Source of the DNA: Heteronotia binoei
Taxonomy: Eukaryota
Length of the DNA: 64,000 nt
Reading direction: 5' to 3'
Assembly: GCF_032191835.1 (NCBI RefSeq)
Contig: NC_083236.1
Span: 34,968,001-35,032,000 of the forward strand
A program made the translations under genes and the position numbers. The first letter of the stretch is position 1, and every line of letters starts with the position of its first letter. The notes beneath the pieces are model-generated. The model ran no database searches. It saw only the letters and a program-made list of their open reading frames with translations, and was not told the DNA's origin. Below, in pieces: positions 37,393-50,557 of this stretch.

Positions 37393-40144
37393 TTCCCACC
37401 TGTTTGTGTGTCCCTCCCCTGCCTGCTTGTGAGCTCTCCCGCTTCCTGCGCTCATCACTGCCTCCAGCGGCACTGGGCAGTATAGCAAATAAGTGAGTGG
37501 GGGGGGGGGGTGAGAGCAGAAACCCTTAGCCTTGGCAGCTGGCCCCCTTCAGGGAATGCTGACACTGGCCCTACTTCCCACCCATGGCTGCTAAGGAAGC
37601 TACATTGTGTAACTTGGAGTGATGTTTGCATTCAGTCAAACCTGATTTATCATTGGCTGGCAATTCAAACCTGGGGATCTTGGCCTTATATAGGTTTGCA
37701 GCAGAAGGCAACCCTTTGGTCCCGGTGCTGAAAAACTGCAGTATCCACAGGTGAAGATGTTGGGATGCCCACCAACGAAATGGAGGGTGAGAGTTGCCCA
37801 TGGGCAGACACACTCTGAGCAAGTCAAGGCCGCAGAGCTGCCAGCATCTCAGGGGTTTGCCTTGGGCTCAGCTACCCATTTTGAGCTCTCTGCCCTCTCT
37901 TAGATGTCTTTCCACTCGCATGGTGAAATCTGTAATTTGTTCTGTCTTTTCCCACAGTTGGCTCATTAATCTGGTGTGCATGTTAAATGAACTAAAAAAT
38001 GCCTTGTTGGTTACAGTGTGCCCAGCAAGGGCTATTCCCCACTATATCCATCTCTCCTCCCCACCCCCAACAAATCCCCCTTTGCAATCAAATGGAAAAT
38101 GACTCAGCTTTTGATGCCACCAAAGTGTCTCTCCTCACTTCTGCTTTTCCTCTTCCTGATCACAATTCTGCTTTCATTCTAAACTGCAGGCTTGTCTTCC
38201 TCCATTGGTAAACCCTACCCCCAGAAAGCTGGCAAACAGCCTTTAAGATCAGGAAATGTCTCAAATGGACCTGCTCCTTTTTTTTTCCCTTTAACAATTC
38301 TTTCCCTTCCAGAGAGCCCCATATTCGTGGCTGCCCTCCAGCATGATTCAGCTAGTGGACTGCAAGATGTTCTTTGTGAATGCTAATGTCAGCTTTGCAG
38401 GATTTTTAAAAAAAATTCAATTATGTTTCTAGTTCTCAAGGTTTAACTACTGCAGAACATAACGTGTATGATATCACTTTAAGGTCTACATTAGCAGACT
38501 GTTTAGGGTTGTCAGGTCTAATTTAGGAAATATCCAGGGACTTTGGGGGTGGAGCCAGGAGACTTTCCCATTCTGAATAAATAAATAAATAATAAAATTC
38601 CGAATAAATAAATTTTATTTTAAAGGTTTATATGCTACCCTGATCCTGCCAGTTCCTAGAGCCACAAACAACATATATAAAACCAACAATAAAATACAGT
38701 CAATTAAACCTAGACAATGGGGGGATCTACAAGGACTCATGGGGAAAACCTCCCCCAGTATTTCCTCTTTCCCTTCCGAAAAAGCCCCCATAGCCTCTCC
38801 CCCTTTCTTCCTTCCTTATCAACCACTACCCAAACTCCCATTATCTTAGGGTTGCCAGTCCCCAGTTAGGGGCAGGAGATCCTCCAAATTGCAGCATCTC
38901 CCCCCCCCCACACACACAAACAGGCAAGAAAACGAAAGTAAACATAATGTGCCTATGTCACACAGAAGTGGGGTGCCATTGCCTGCCCATGGCAGCCATT
39001 TTGTGGTAGAACTCATTACCTCTTATCAAAAACCGTAAGTACCCAGTAGCTCACATGATTGAGGTTTTTCTGATGTATTTCAGTGCTGCAGTCTAATAGG
39101 CAGTGGCTCTCCAAAGGTATTGTTTGAATCAGACAAAAACTGTGCAGTTGCATGAACCTAATCATCTATATTTCTTTTCAGTGACTTAATGTAATTTCAA
39201 ACTTTCATGACCATTTCTCCTGAGCAGCAAATTAAACCACATCAATCAAGGGCCATGGTAGAACAAATACAACACTTATCAAGGAAAAAACATATAAAAA
39301 TCCAAGTCACAATTCTGAGAAGCACAGGGAAAAGGACGCAGTTATGTATAGGAAATGCAGAAAGATTGGTTCCCATGGACATAAAATCTCTCAAATAGCT
39401 CTTTTGGCCTTTTTTTGTGCAAAGTTGCTCGGGGAGCTAGGAAAAAATAATTAATATGAAAAGCAAGCAGGAAAACTGAGATGCCAAACCTGTGAGCCAG
39501 CAGGGTGGATGAAATCTGCCTTGAAACAAAAGCCTTCATCATAACATCCAGATAAGAAACCCTGAAAAGTACGGACATTCTGGTTTCTCAGTATGCAGCC
39601 AATGACAGGATTCCAAGAGAATAAAGCTATTCTGGGATTCCTTGACACAGCCTCTGCCAGACATAATTCTGGGTAGGATTACTAAACTCAAAGGAGGTCC
39701 AAGTTGTCTCAGAAGTCCAACTGATCTCCAGACAACAGAAATCAGTTCCCCTGAAGGAAATAGCAAATTTGGAGGGCAGACTCTAGGGTTACCAAGTCTG
39801 ACTCAGGAAATATCTGGGGACTTTGGAGGTGGAGTCAGGAGACTTAGGGGTGGAGCCAGAAGCAAGGTTGTAGCAAGCATGATTGAACGCCAGAGAGAGT
39901 TCTGGCCATCACATTTAAAAGGGCCACATTTCTTTCAAATGCCTTCCCTCAGTTGGAAATCATGGAGAATAGGGGCACCTTCTTTGGGGGCTCATAGAAT
40001 AGGACCCCTAGTTCAATCTTTTTGAAACTTGGGGGGGGGGGGATTAGGAGAAGCACCAGATGCTATGCTGAAAATTTGGTGCCTCTACCTCAAAAAACAG
40101 CTCCCCCAGATACCCACTGATTGATTCTCCATTATACCCTATGG

Positions 40145-40280
40145 CAGGGGTGGCCAATGGTGGCTCTCCAGATGTTTTTGCCTACAACTCCCATCAGCCC
40201 CAGCCATTGACCATGCTGGCTTGGGCTGATGGGAGTTGTAGGCAAAAAAACATCTGGAGAGCTACCGTTGGCCACCCCTG
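40145..40280. mobile_element. Palindromic hAT MITE (caactcccatcagcccc family)
   Basis: caggggtggcca...tggccacccctg; perfect TSD ccctatgg; second copy ~43977-44108. Confidence 0.92.
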
Positions 40281-40571
40281 CCCTATGGCACAGATGGCCA
40301 AATTTGCTCAGCGTAAGAGCCACAGGGAATAAACAAGATGTTTGAGAGCCACAATATACATAGACAGGGCTGGAATTGCTCTGGCCCACCAGCTCCCAAG
40401 GCACCAACCATGCCCCTGTCCGATTCACTGGCACAAGATCTTATTTCAGTTTTTAACTGATTTTTGATGGTAATAAACTGAACTACTAGATAACTAGAAC
40501 TATTTGTTCCCTGACATTTTTATTGAAAGTGAAATATTTTGGCAAGCATTCTCTAGCTCAGGGAGGGAGGG

Positions 40572-40643
40572 AGGGAGGAAGGAAGGAAGGAAGGAAGGAA
40601 GGAAGGAAGGAAGGAAGGAAGGAAGGAAGGAAGGAAGGAAGGA
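40572..40643. repeat. (GGAA)n microsatellite
   Basis: Direct reading. Confidence 0.97.
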
Positions 40644-41026
40644 ACTCAGTGGGGTACAAGGTCATAGAATCCACCCTCCAAAGTATCTATTTTCTCCAGA
40701 GAAACCAATTTCTATAATCTGGAGATGAGCTGTAATTCGGAGATTTAATCTGGAGATGAGCTGTAAACCACTGATGGAAAAAATAATAATAATAATAATC
40801 TTTAATTTGTATCCCGCCCTCCCCGCCAAAGCAGCTCACATGGCATAATATAATATGCTACATTACAACAGTTAAAACAAGGTGATTACAAAACATATTA
40901 CAAATCCTATATATATATATTATTATCCTACATTAAATCATCTAATTAAAACCATCAGTTAATTTGGTGCTAAAATCTCAGTGTTATCCATTTTACAGTT
41001 TTTCTGTGGATGTGTATCACATTTCT

Positions 41027-41241
41027 GGGGGGGGGCTCCCTCCGGGTGTCCTGCCCCCCCCAGGGAAAGTGCACGCACAATACATCGCCTCTCCTTTCCC
41101 CGTGTAGTGAACGCTGCGTGGTCACTGTCTGGCTATGCCTGGCAGATGGTCACTGCAATGGCCTCTCCTACATTACTGCATCCGTGGCAAAATCTTCTTG
41201 CTGGTCCCCCCCTCCCCCCCGTTTTCACAGAGTTTGCCACG
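41027..41241 (+). ncRNA. Candidate HDV-like self-cleaving ribozyme at the retroposon 5' end
   Basis: G-run at the exact 5' end (P1); P2 CGTGGCAAA/TTTGCCACG (9/9 bp); P3 ATC/GGT; L3 TTCTTGCT; C7 P1'; GT; J4/2 CAGAG. Deviations: (TC7)x2 duplication, no P4. Confidence 0.55.
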
Positions 41242-41914
41242 TCATGGTGCGACCGTATGTCCGGCGGTATAACTGGATGGGCAGGCTGGGCTCACCAACC
41301 TCGCCAGCCAAGAGAAGAAAAACTCTAACATCAAGCCCGGGCAGACAGAGCTCGTTAATGTAACATCTACCACCTGGAGGACTCGCTGCCGGCGTCCCGG
41401 CTTACTGGGGCATGGCAGATGACCCCATGGTGAAAGGGTGGAGCCAGTACTGCGCACATTGCGCTTCACCTAAAAATTCCTCTGTGCAGGCCTGAAGGGT
41501 ATCCACATCCACAACCCACAACATACCAAGTCCTGCAGCGATGGGCAAGGGGCAAAACGGCAGGTGGAAGATGCCACTGGAAGCCGCAGTCCCAATCCTG
41601 CATGTAGGCGGTTCAGGGTATTGGTCGCCTGATGCTGACCCGGAGACGAAAGCATTTTTCGGCAGCACCCTGAACGACCAAGCAGCCTTATTTAGGGACA
41701 GCACTGCTTGCTCTGTATGGAGAGGGGCCTAGAAAAGGTGGCCTACTGCTACAGCACCAACCCCAAATCAGACTTCCCTGCAGCCACTGTGGCTGGACCT
41801 GCCTGTCCCGCATTGGTCTTGTCAGCCACCAGCGAGCCTGCAGCAGACGTGGACTACTGCACCTTTCTAAAATCTTTGTTCGCGAAGTCAAGCCGAGAGA
41901 GAGAGAGAGAGAGA
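41027..41914 (+). mobile_element. Internally deleted (bipartite) RTE-clade retroposon, 5'-intact
   Basis: 13-bp TSD gtatcacatttct (41014-41026 / 41915-41927); (GA)n tail. The 3' part encodes PCSHCGWTCLSRIGLVSHQRACS (41776-41844), the RTE C-terminal zinc-finger motif. No endonuclease/RT sequence lies between; CpG-rich. Confidence 0.82.
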
Positions 41915-42580
41915 GTATCACATTTCTATAATGCTACCTCCAGGCCTTTGAATAGTTATTGTCTAGATATATGCAGCATTTCTCTTTTGGCTTTCCATGT
42001 GTGAGTCTGGTATTCACCTTTTTCTCTCCAGATCCCCATCTGAAATCTTTCACTTGATGTTCTCTCAGTAACCCTGCACATTCTGCATAAACCTTAGGAG
42101 GGGTCATCTTGATAAAACAGCCCCTTAATTCACTTCCGTTAATCAGTAATCTTTACCTAGAAAGCCATTGAAAGAAGAAGGTGGTAATAATTCAACAGGA
42201 TCCATTTTTAGCAAGAGGAGGTTATTACTAACCAAGATGTATGTAAACAACTGCAAAAACATTCCAGATGCCTAGAATTTCTCTTAGCTAACCAGAAGAG
42301 ATACTACAAAAATGTACTTAAGTTATGCTTCCCACATCTTTCTTTCTACAAGTCACCATGCAGTTTTGCAAGACCAGGAGTATTCAAATCTAAATTATAA
42401 ATAATTATGGGAGGAATCTCTCCCATGGAACTCTGGAGGAAGATAAATGTGATAAGAATGCCACAAATTTCACAGCGATGTGCCCTGTAGGCAGACATAC
42501 TGAGTTTGAGAGCTGCAATCACACAGGTCCAGAACATCCAATCTGTTTACCTGTTTGCCCGCTTCCAATGGCTATCAACA

Positions 42581-42863
42581 GAGCCCCGTGGCACAGAGTG
42601 GTAAAGCTGCAGTACTGCAGTCGGAGCCCTCTGCCCACATCCTCAGTTCAACCCCAGTGGAAGCTGGTTCAGGTAGCTGGCTCCAGGTAGACTCAGCCTT
42701 CCATCCTTCCGAGGTTGGTAAAACGAGTCCCAGCTTGCTGGGGGGAAGTGTAGATGACTGGGGAAGGCAACGGCATACCACCCTGTAAAAAGTCTGCCGT
42801 GAAAACGTGAAAGCGACGCCACCCCAGAGTCAAAAATGACTGGTGCTTGCACAGGGACCTTTA
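42581..42863 (+). mobile_element. Sauria SINE (Squam1-like)
   Basis: tRNA-like head, gactcagccttccatccttccgagg core, 3' end caccccagagtc...gactggtgcttgcacagggacc. Confidence 0.85.
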
Positions 42864-45800
42864 ATGGCTGTCAAAACAGCTGCACAGTATCAGTGATGAA
42901 GCTTCAGTTCTTCGACTTGTGGAGGCTTTGGTATCAGTGCATTTTGATGAGCAGGGTCACTGCTTGTCATGGCAGGCAATTGAATAACACAAAGGGGAAC
43001 AACCCCTCCAAAAACATTGCACAAAAATGCTCATGACATTGATAACACAGCATTAAACACCAAACTGTACGATTAAAAAAAAAGTTAATCACTTCCCAAC
43101 TGATTTGCACCCTGCTTATTTATACAATAGCAGCCCAAATAGTCCAGTACTTGTATAGAAGGCCACCAAGGAAGATGGGGGTTGCTACGTTGAGGAAGGC
43201 AATGGCAAACCACCTCTGCTTGTCTCTTGTTTGGAAGACCCCATGGATGGAGTCACCATGAATCCATTGCAACTCGATGGAATATGATTATATTATATGA
43301 GTGGCATCCAGTGACAATAGATCTGCTAGGGACAGGCAGAAATTTCACTCTCTGTGAAAATGCAGATGTGTAAAACACTGCTTGTTGCAGCGCATAGTGT
43401 ACTAATACATGTGCAAGAACTCAGCAAATAGGCCTGAACTATTCACAAACAGCTGTCTGTGACCAATGAACAGACCATAAGCAAAACTTGCAGGTGTGTG
43501 CACATCCCTAGAATTTGGCAAATCCTACCTGGTGGTTTGTAGCAGACATTGTGAACTTCACAAGAGAAATAAAGGCAAAAACATACTGGGGGAAATCAGG
43601 GATTTTAAGTCTTAAAACATCCCTCACCTTTTCCTTCACCAATGTCCTGGTTCTCACCCTGTTATCATTTCTGGCTCTACAGCTGTTGAATGAAACTCCG
43701 CACCCAGCTGGTAAAAGCCAAACAAAAACTGTCATTGCATTCCAAGAATCTCCTTCTCAACCTTCTTATCAACATTGCCTGGAAAAACCTCTTTAGGATT
43801 ATCAGCCGTCTCTTTGCTCCCAGGAGTTCAAAGGAATTCCTTGGGTTTGCTTTAACCCCTGTTGACACACACACACACCGCTGCCTGAGTTATCCTATCA
43901 ATCTGTAGGGGACATAACGGATTCTGAATCGATAGAAGCATCGTAGCACCGCAAAGACAAACAATACTTTATACCGGGGTGGCCAAAGGTAGCTCTCCAG
44001 AAGTTTTTTGCCTACAACTCCCATCAGCCCCATCCATTGGCCATGCTGGCTGGGGCTGATGGGAGTTGTAGGCAAAAAAACATCTGGAGAGCTACCATTG
44101 GCCACCCATTTTATACGGTCTAAAGCTTCGATGGACTAGAGATACTCCTTCAGGTGCCAACACGTCTGTGTATTTTGAAAGGATGCAGTCTTGGAGACAA
44201 GAAAGGGATTTTGTAAGTATTAGTGTTGGTTTTTCCAATAAATGGCCTGTTAATCTTTAATAAGCAGGATCAGGACCTAGTGGAATGGGATCATGCGTTT
44301 CTCTATAGATGCAATCTTATGTATATTTACTTGTGAGAAGCATGAATGGAATCAGGCTACAGTTGTTTCCCATCTAAGCTTGCTTTGAAGAGCAGGAATT
44401 CTCCCCCCCCCCCGCCCCGTTCTTTGGAGAACTAGGGGTTTTGTCAAGGGATGGCAGATGTTTTATCTATGCACCTAGATCACATCTACTGACAGGGCTA
44501 CTGCCCCATTCAAAGTAATGACCTGCCTCATCTAAAGATTTTTTTAAAAAACAACAACATATTTTTAAAAGGTGTGACATGGCTGCATCCATTGAAAATA
44601 ATGGGGATAGGAAAAAATCTGGTTTTTAAAAAATGAGTGTTGGCTGGTAACCTCACCCATAAGTGGGAGCTCTCCAGACTTCATCCACTGAACCTGCCTA
44701 GTTCTGCCTACCCACGGTCTGTTTTCCAAGGCCTGCTCCTCCTTATCATGATCTTTAGGTGATCTTGAACTCAACTCCTCTTGAGATATGATAAGTGTAA
44801 ACACAGCAGCAGGCTTAAAAGGACATTTGAAGAAGGGCTTTTTAATAAGTGCTTTTGAACTCGACAAATAAAAGTGTTCTTATTCATCCCTGATGCTAAC
44901 AATTCAGAGACTCAAATATACATATAGATAATGGGAATCAGTAAGAGAAATTCCTGCTCTTATAAGGAAATTGCTAATTTCTTTGAAGCCCTACCTGGCA
45001 ATGTGGCAGGCCCACCTAGTGAGGAAGACTGCCTACAATCAGGTCTTATCCACTCTCCTTCAGTTCTGTCAGAAGTGTCTGGGGGCAGGTATGGTCTACT
45101 GGCAGGTAGGAACTATATCAGGCTTGGGAGCCACGTGTGGCTCTTTCACACATATTGTGTGGCTCTTGAAGCCCCCACTGCCCCATTGGCTGGCTTGGAG
45201 AAGGCATTTGTCTCTTTAGATCACTTCTCCAAGCCAAGCCAAACAGCGGTTTAGAGAATGCATTTAAAATTACAATAGCTTTCTTTCTACTTCTCCCTCC
45301 CTTCCCCCATCTGCCTTCCTTTTTTTCTTCCTTCCTTCCTGTCTTACAACTTCCAAACATCTGATGTTTATTCTCTGTGGCTCTTATGTTAAGCAAGGTT
45401 GGCCACCCCTGATCTATATCACCCTTCAGCCAACCTTCCAGGTGCTCCTTGGTTCTGTATCTGGATGTATGGAACAGACACTACAGATTTTCACATACCC
45501 CTTGTCTACGGTTTGTACCATTTCCTCTCCCACATGTCATTTTCCCTCCAAAGGTTTTCAAAGCCAGAGTGGCATAGTGGTTAAAATTGTTGGATTAGTA
45601 TTTGGGAGATCTAGGTTTGAATGCTCACTCATGCTATAAAAGTTCATTGGGTGACCTTGGGTCAGTCTCTCTCTTTCCCAGCTTGTTGTGAGGATAAAAT
45701 GAAGAGTAGAGGAGAATAATGTAAGCAGCTTTGGATGCCCATGGGAGAGAAAGGTGGAGTATAAAGAAAGAGGTTTTCAAACAGCAATAGTAGTAGGTAT

Positions 45801-48800
45801 ATCACTAGTGTTAAAACACTATAACAATATCCAGAATACCAATTTTAAAAATGACAGGAAGATTGCCAGTGGTGGTGATGGGAGAGGGAGGAGGTATAAC
45901 ACTAGAAGCACTGTTTATACTGTGGATGCTTTTGCATTCACCAAAGCCATCAGAGCAGAGCACAGAAGTATACCCTTGTGTAAGCACAACCAAAGATGAG
46001 TGACACATTCAGGAGGCTGTGCTCTGCCTTGTTTGGAAAGCCAGGCTCGGAGGAGAGCACCCGCCAATATGCTGTCCAGTCGCTCTCAGCTTCGTGGGTC
46101 TGTAACCCAGGAAGCCAAGAGCACCATGCCTGTGCAGCCTGGTTGCTAACAGGCCATGGGCTGGGACTAGTCCATGGCCTGGGGGTTAGGTTTGAGTGCC
46201 TGCCCCACTGCCCACGGCCCCCACTGCAGCCTGCAGTTACCTTCTTCAAAGTCCCGTTTACTAAGCTGCAGGTGAGAGGCAGAGAGAGGAAAACTTGGTG
46301 ACGAAATTTGGTGCAGCAGCAGCCGCATCAGACAAGTTGGGCAAAGAACAGCTCAGTTGCTGGCTGCTCATGCAGGCTGGGAGGGCTGCAAGCGGGGGGG
46401 GGGGGGGCGGGACTTGGTTAGGGGAGCCAGCCAAGGGCCCCTAAAGGCATGGAGGCCCATAGGCCAGTGCCTAGTTGGCCTAATTGTTAATCTGGCTCTG
46501 CAGGGCTGGGACCCTCTCTTGCCTGAGCCATGCCCACCCTATGCTGGCCAAGCAAGCCTAAGCCCGGCCCATCTTTTGCCAGGCAGAGAGTGGTTTGACA
46601 AGATAATCCCTTTTCTACACCATGGGCTTCTGGCTCCCATCTTTCACTTGAGGCCTGGGTGGCTTCAATAGGAGGCAGTCCTGATATTGCGGGGGTGGGG
46701 TGGGGGAGAGCTACTAGCCTATTGAGACTTTTCCCAGTGTTCTTAATGGCCAATTGGCCCCATTTGCATTGCAGAGACAATATTGATTAAGTTGAACTAT
46801 GTGGATAATAAATTCCACTGGGGAGGTGTCTCTGCTTGCAGCAGCCATGGAAAAGTCCTGTAATGATTCCAGAAGAGCAGCCCCCACACCAGTCTGCTGA
46901 GGCAAAAACCATCAGAAGATTGGGGCACCTTTAAAGGCCTTTAGGTTTTTAATCACAGCATAAATGCAATAATTAAGTCTCCTATTTCTAATATACGTGA
47001 TCCCTTTGAACACGCTTAAAGTGCTATAGAAATGCTAAGTGCCTATTAAAAACCTAACTGTTTAATCTCTCGTTTTAATTCTTGTTGCTAGTTTACTTGG
47101 AGGGAAGGGATAAGCAAAGAGGAAAAAGTAAAAGACAATTATCCCGTGCATGCTCAGAATCTGTCTTCCTTTTGATCATTATTTTACTTGGTACAGACCA
47201 AAGCCCCCCACACCTCCAGCACTGCAAGCAGTTGACAGAATGAAACCCTGGTTTGAATTAAGGGGGCGGGTACAAAAAAGTATCCTCCCTTAGAGCAGTA
47301 TTTCCTATTTGCAGGGTCGTGACCTGGTACCAGTCCACGGAAGCCTCACTACCGGGTCACAAGAAAAGCCAAAGCTAGCCCCGCCCCATCTCTGTGTTGT
47401 GCAGAGAGGAGCTGGGCTGCCTCTCCTTCCTTCTCCCCCACTCCCAGTGTTTGAGAGAAAAGCTAGCATCCACTGGCACTTTAGAACCATGAAGTGTTCT
47501 TCAAGGTATGAGCTTTCATGTGTCTTGCAGTTTGTTCTTTTGGAGAGATTTCCCCGGGAGGCCTGGGCGGCAAAGAAGGGTGTGTATGTTTTTTTCAGCC
47601 TGGAGGGGCAGGGAGTGGGCGTTCCAGTAGCTATGTTTTTTACCAAACGACCCCTAGGCAGAATTTTTGCTGGCTGGGGTCATCTGATGGTGAGGAATGC
47701 TTTTTTTTCTTGGCCTCCCCCTTCTTTCCCTGCAAGCGATGCTGTCTGTATTCTTCGTGCTGGGAGGGAGGGAAGCAACAGTGGGAGAGCTTCTAGTGCC
47801 TTAGCCCCACTGGTGAACATTCTGGTGCTATTTGGGCATTGTATGAGGGAATTTTGAATAGTCCACCTGCCTGATCCAACATGGCTCCTCTTATGTTTAT
47901 GTTTTTTTCTTTCCATTTATTTATTTATTTATTTATTTATTTATTTCTTCCTTCCTTTCCTTCCGTTTTTACTGGATGAAACTTTTCTGTTCATCATACT
48001 GTTGCTGCAGACATAGGAGCTCTGCCAAAGAAAAGTTGGCACCCCCAGTTGTAGCCAGGTGGCCTTCTATGAGATTTCTGTGTGAGTGAGTGAGAGTAAG
48101 AGGTGTGGGGCAGAAAGAGATTATTGGAGATTACTGCAGTATATTTCAACAGCACTGGAAGAGATGGTACTATGAACTTGGCACCATTTTACTGGTCCTG
48201 CTTTTAACAGCTGTCTGACACCAAAATTAAACTCCTCCTGTAGATATTAAAAAGGATGAAAGTAGTTCACTGGCTAAGTATCTGCACAACAGGTTGCTTT
48301 TAAAGGCATGGGAAACACAGCCAGTAAAAAGCTGCAAGCCCCTCATAAATATCCTTTTTGGGATAACTACAGAAAAGCTTGTATGAACTTCATATAACTT
48401 GAAATCAATTCATTAATTGCAATACAATTCTCTGCTACCTTTCACAGCGATTTCCCCGTGTTTCAACCAAAGAAAAGTATGAAAAATAGCTGTCGAAAGA
48501 TTTTCTTGAAACCAAGCACACTTGGTTGTAGCTTGAGGCAGAATTCCAGTAGCGGCAACTGAAGGAAGGGCCTACTAAATGTGTCAGCATATTTTGAGGT
48601 AGAACAGCTGCCAGGGCCCAGTGCGGGTGGTACACAGTGCTGCCATTCCTGATGGCAATGGCAACAGCACTCCCAATTGCATACACTGGCCAGTGCTGTT
48701 GAGGAAGGAATATGTAGGTGGTGCAGGCAATTGAACATGGACATTAGGAGTGCTTGCAAGCTGGAGAAGAATACACAAACAGATAGGTGCATGCAGGTGT

Positions 48801-49583
48801 GGGGTGAAGACTGTCTACTTTCCACACTCATTTTGGCTCAGCATGAGTTTCAGAGAGATTTTTCTGAAAATGAATTTACTTCTGAAGAAGAGGCAGGTTT
48901 GGGGGAGTGCCCTGGAAGTGACATCACAGGAAAAGGTGGAGTTATGGTTCAGTGTGCCCCGGAAGTGACATCACTTGGTCCTTGACACCACAGGAAATTA
49001 CATAATTCCTGTCTCCCAGCTTCACCCCCAAGTCTCCTGGCTCCACCCCCAAATTTTAGTGGGCCACGCAGGAGAAGTGTAAAAATAACCTGGCCATGGA
49101 AAAGAAAAGTTTGGGAAACCATGCCTTAGAGCATTGGACAAGTAGCTGGGAGACCCAGGTTTGACTCCCCAATAGACCATTGGGTGATCTTGGTCCCATT
49201 GTTTCCTTTTAGCCCAACATACCTCACAGGACAGTTTGAGTCCAGTGACACCGGCAAGTGGTCAAACCACATAGAATAGAGCCACACAGAATAAACTTCA
49301 GATGTTTGAGAGCTGCAAGACATGAATGTGTCTTGAGTGCCGGGAGGATGGGAGGAAGGCAGGTAGGGAGGGTGAGAGGTGGAAAGAAAGCAACTTTAAA
49401 TGTATTATCTATGCCACCAGCTGGCTTAGCTTGGAGAAGCAATTTAAAGAGAGAAATGGCTTCTCCAAGCCAGCCGACAGGACAGTAGGGGCTTTGAGAG
49501 CCAAATAATGTGTATGAGCCACTTATGGGTCCTGAGCTGCAATTTGGCCACCCCTCTATAAAACCAACAAAGTTTTATTCAAG

Positions 49584-49621
49584 GTATAAGCTTTCATGTG
49601 CACGCACACCTCCTCAGATAC
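49584..49621 (-). ncRNA. Minimal type-I hammerhead ribozyme motif in a Penelope-like terminus
   Basis: Minus strand: gtat-CTGAGGA-g-gtgtgcgtgcacat-GAAA-GCTT-atac; conserved core, stem II, palindromic AGCT stem III, 4-bp stem I. Confidence 0.55.
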
Positions 49622-50471
49622 TACTGGATTCAAACTTTGTTCTGCTGCTTCAGACCAACACAGCTGCACACCTGATTCTATATCTCACAGCGTCCTTGTG
49701 GGGGCAAAATGAAAGAGGGCCTAGATAGATAGATAGATAGATAGATTCAGTGGGAGCTCACAGGAGCACAGCTCCTGAACCTTTCTGAGAGTTCCACCTC
49801 CTTGTCTATTGAATAGTATGTGCAGCTGCATAACAATCCCTGGATGAGCTCCACCACCTATTTTTCTACAAAACGACCCCTGGATGTATGGATAGATAGA
49901 TGATAAATGATGATGAAGATAGATAGATGATAGATAGATAGACAGACAGATGTCAGTTCATGCGTGAGCCAGCAAGGAAGAAAGGTAAGACAGCATGGTA
50001 TAACCCAGGGGTGGCCAAACTGGCTCTTTCATACAGATTGTGTGGCTCTCAAAGCTCCCTCCCCACACCAGCCAGCTTGGAGAAAGCATTTCTCTCTTTA
50101 AATCACTTCTCCAATCTAAGCCAGCCAGCAGCTTGGAGCATGTATTTATAATTAAAGTTTCTTTCTTTCCACTTCTCTTTCCCTCATCTATTTTCCTTCC
50201 TTCCTTCCCTCAAACATCTGATGTTCATGTCTTGTGGCTCTCAAACATGGCATTTATTTCATGAGGCTCTTCTGTGAAGCAAGTGTGGCCACCCCTGGTG
50301 TAGCCTGATCTCATCAGAGCTTGGCAGCTAAGCTGGGTTGGAAGAGAGGCCACTAAGAAAGGGACTGCAAAGGAAGGCAATGGCAAACCACCTCTGCTTC
50401 TCACCTGCCTTGAAAGCCCCTTGCTGTGGTCACCACAGGTCTGCTGTGACTTGATGGCATGTTACACACAG

Positions 50472-50557
50472 GGTGCATTCACACTGCACTAAGTAATGTG
50501 TTTTGCAACTGGATTTTTGCTGTTCTTAACGCATTATTTAGTGTGTGTGAATGCACC
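50472..50557. mobile_element. Short PIF/Harbinger-like MITE; related tandem copies at ~52338-52603
   Basis: TIRs ggtgcattcacac / gtgtgaatgcacc; 3-bp flanks cag/tag. Confidence 0.72.

Noticed and set aside
41027-41100. Compact alternative HDV fold using C8 at 41054-41061 and stem GGGAAAG/CTTTCCC
   Set aside because: No acceptable L3, P2 or J4/2; the stem is better explained as part of the long J1/2.
42100-42560. Possible very old L1 remnant on the minus strand
   Set aside because: Only vague motif resemblance; too degenerate to call without an alignment.
44657-44785. Minus-strand exon-like stretch ending ATGG|GTGAGG
   Set aside because: No partner exons or homology; splice-like motifs alone are insufficient.
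47309-47857. 182-aa ORF
   Set aside because: No recognisable domain, no supporting exon chain, and composition typical of chance ORFs.
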